A stretch of DNA of 62,000 bases from Lama guanicoe (lineage: Eukaryota), in contig MU054220.1 in assembly GCA_013239625.1 (NCBI GenBank), positions 2,975,374-3,037,373 on the forward strand, written 5' to 3'. Shown one piece after another: positions 59,330 through 62,000 of this stretch (position 1 is its first letter; each line of letters opens with the position of its first letter). The notes beneath the pieces were generated by a model. It worked only from the letters and a program-made list of their open reading frames with translations, was not told the origin of the DNA and did no database searches. The translations under genes and the position numbers were made by a program.

Positions 59330-62000
59330 AGGCAAGCTATGAATTAATCCACACTCATCCACTGAACATGTAAAGCTGTCAGTAGCCTCCCTGGGGTTTT
59401 ACTTCTTGCTGTGATGCCTTTAATGATAGTTGCATGTTAACCATATCACAACAGTCTTAAGGATGAGAAGAGCTGGAAATTAAGCATCGTTTAGAATCTG
59501 GTTTCGGGTCTGGATTGATAGGAGGTGAAAAGTGTACATAAAGATGTTGAAATCGATGTCATTAGTGTCGCTGTAAAGATCACAGGGCTTAAAATGCCCT
59601 AGCAGCACCATGAATGATACTGACCCGCACTGCTTACTTTTTGTTTACCGGGCAATTTACCCCACATGTGGCTCTTTGGGATGTTTCCTGACTTCACACT
59701 TGAGAGGAATAATCTCTCCTGGAGTTTTATCTCTACTGGAATAATCTTCTATCTGTCTCACTTCAGATCCACACTTCTCTGAGAGCCTAAAATTTCACCT
59801 CAGTGACAGCGACTTCTTTACTTTCACCCATCACTTTACCCATGTGCGTTCTCACAAGCAGCCTTACTTTCACAGACAGCGTTCAACATCCAGACATGCC
59901 TGCATGAGCACAAATGGGAAAGAATTCAAATCCCAGTGGAAAACTTTGTTTAAATTTTGTTTTGCATGTGCTGTAGGAGGAAGGAAGGGGAGCAAGCAAT
60001 TATCAAGTGTCCTGTATGTGTTAAGCAAAGTTTTCACATGTTATCTCACATAAAGGATCTAGAACTTTTAATAAGTTCATTCTCAAGAAATCTTTTTAAT
60101 CCCCTATGACTGATGGCATCACTGGTAGTAACAGACTATCAGAGAAATAGACAAGCATTTCATGCAAATATCATCACCTCTAGTTCTAACTAGAGAAGTT
60201 GAATAGCAGATAAAAAGGGGCTGGCTGTCCTAGTCAGTGAAAAAAGTCTTATCAGAAATCTGATCTTAAAGGGGGGGATGAGGTCTTGGAGGATAAGAAC
60301 TGATGCAGACAAAGTTAAGGGTAATGAGTTATTCTAGGAAAATCTAACCTAAAAGACATTATTTGTTAATATCTATTTACTGAGAACCCACCCTGAAGGG
60401 GGCGCTCTTCCAGCTGCTGGGGGGATCTGTGAATAAGACACAAAGTCCTTACCCCTATGGAGCTCACTCCCCGGGAAGGGTCCGTTAGGGGGATGCTCCA
60501 CCATGAATATGGGAAGTCTGAAAAAGATGTAAGGCTGTTCCTTTTAAGACTGAGCCTGGAGAAAGCAGCTGAAGTTCCTCCAGATTAGATTTAGGTCCTG
60601 CCCTCAAGGAGCTTATAGTCTGGGAGGAAAGAAAAACAAGTGAGGACTGTACTGCAAGGCAAAAGTGCTAACAGTTTATGCTGATGCACAGTTATTCGGG
60701 GGAAGAGAGGGTCTTCAGTGGGAGGATCCAGGAAAACGTGTTGGACAAGCTGGTAGTAAACGCTGTCTTGTTCCTGGGATAACACTTGGGTGTGTGGAAA
60801 TTAATTTGGATTGAGGAGGCACTGCCTGGGATAGTTCCACGATACAGGCAAAGAATGAGTCAGGAGAGGGGTGCTCTCTAAACAGCCAAATAGAGGCAAC
60901 TTGTCAGATGAACCTTGGTGGTTGGAGGGTCATGTACAGACTGTACTACACCCTCGTTGCTGCTGTCTTCTGCCTTGTGAGGGGAAAGAATGCAGGCGCT
61001 CTGAAAATAGGGAGGTTTAAGGGCAAATTAAGGCCTTCCCTCTGATTGACTTGAACAGCCTCAGCAGGGGGAACTAAACAGTTGGAGGCAGAGAGAGAGA
61101 GAGAGAAGCTGCCACCGAGAGGGAAGGAGCTTGGGGGAGGGGGTGTGTGGCTTTGTGAAGGTCGAAGTTAAGACAGTGGCACCAGGTTCTGTCTCCAAAT
61201 AAAAATTCTGGGTGATCTGATGAAAAGTTGAGGAATCTTCAGAAAGGTACTGAATTTTGTCACTTAGGCATTTTTTCTTTAAAAAACACGTGCTTATGTA
61301 GTTTTGAAAATAAGGTTATGTGATGTCTGCTTTTGCATTTACATGCTTTGATAAGAATATATATATATTTTAACAAACAAGAAGTGGGAAATTCATGGAT
61401 AAAAGAGATGGGCTGAAGGAAAGAACCAGTATCTGGAAAGGCAGGGGAAAAAAACATGACATTGGCTCATACAGCCATGGAATTTTTCTTCACCCTATTT
61501 CAGAATATCTAAATATCAAAATTTGTGTTGTTGCTTGGTTTAAAAGTTAGAGAATCAAAAAAAAAAAGTTAGTGGAGGAGATTATGCCATGGCTTGAACC
61601 TCAGGATCCTTATCTTTGAGGTGGGGAGGTGGTAATAGAAGTTACTGCCCTGACAAGGATGGTGTGAAGATTAGATGAGATAATATCTAGAACAATCCTA
61701 GTGCAGTGCCCAGAAGACAGCCTGTGCTTAAGAAATGTTATTTCCCTTCCTTTTCTGTCTGCCTGAATGTACACGATCAGGAACACATCTACCTTTCAGT
61801 TCGGACAGCCCCCGGATATTCCCTTTCTTCAGGCTTTCCTACCCACTAAAACTGTTCAGTCAATCCACTCCAGCCCTTTCCCTCTTCCTTTCCTTCTTCA
61901 CTTTCTTCGATTGTCAAGTGAAGAGACCCTCCCCCAGGGAGCCCAAAAGCCCGTTCTCTGCCAAGGCTCTTGCTGCTACTTCTTAGATTTCTCATTGGGC
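59330..62000 (-). mobile_element. Fossil Sushi-type Ty3/Gypsy unit D (integrase-chromodomain part; runs off the window)
   Basis: GCPN*K/VPDRVHS ~61765-61815; CIVELSQAV ~60820-60850; QLVQHVF (ORF 60591-60785); HVG*IAR*TK...LLGHFK...TFHLLSI 59515-59670; chromo-like TIIKGI......GRL...HVQW 59355-59430. Confidence 0.5.
61570..61740 (+). mobile_element. MIR SINE
   Basis: aacctcaggatccttatctttgaggtgggg...tgtgaagattagatgagataat. Confidence 0.7.

Noticed and set aside
59560..59660. gag-like reading SIIHGAARAF on the minus strand
   Set aside because: Another frame gives a GPY/F-like pattern that fits its position between an INT core and a chromo-like motif. The ambiguity shows that single motifs here are unreliable.
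38900..62000. An intact RTL/PNMA/PEG10-type protein-coding gene
   Set aside because: No ORF over 160 aa, and every domain is broken by stops or frameshifts, so no gene symbol is assigned.
1..62000. Naming the locus (a specific lncRNA or piRNA cluster), and prokaryotic features such as CRISPR
   Set aside because: No diagnostic gene sequence to anchor synteny; no repeat-spacer array; the DNA is mammalian.

Overview
Mammalian genomic DNA, most likely camelid: it carries five copies of a tRNA-derived SINE matching the camelid Vic-1 type, plus artiodactyl-type L1 3' ends. I found no supportable protein-coding gene. The ORF track is explained by chance ORFs, simple repeats and transposon remnants. 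The left ~38 kb is dense in repeats (MIR, L2, L1, HAL1, MaLR/ERV LTRs, hAT MITEs) with a few enhancer- or CTCF-like islands. The right ~23 kb (about 38.9-62 kb) looks repeat-poor. Translated by eye on the minus strand, it resolves into a head-to-tail array of at least four heavily decayed Sushi-type Ty3/Gypsy (chromovirus; PEG10/RTL-related) gag-pol units. Their motifs fall in canonical order (gag, CCHC, protease, RT, RNase H, integrase, GPY/F, chromodomain). The array is interrupted by L2, L3/CR1, MIR and MER44, so it is very old. It contains a MYB/CCAAT/PBX motif cluster (~43.55-43.76 kb) and ends at a triple-CCAAT block (~38.6-38.76 kb). Also present: a TSD-bounded ORF1-only L1 chimera (32.8-36.8 kb) and an L1 3' transduction (40.0-40.75 kb). 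Repeat family names and protein similarities come from recalled consensus motifs, not database searches. Boundaries are approximate unless TSDs or TIRs are given.
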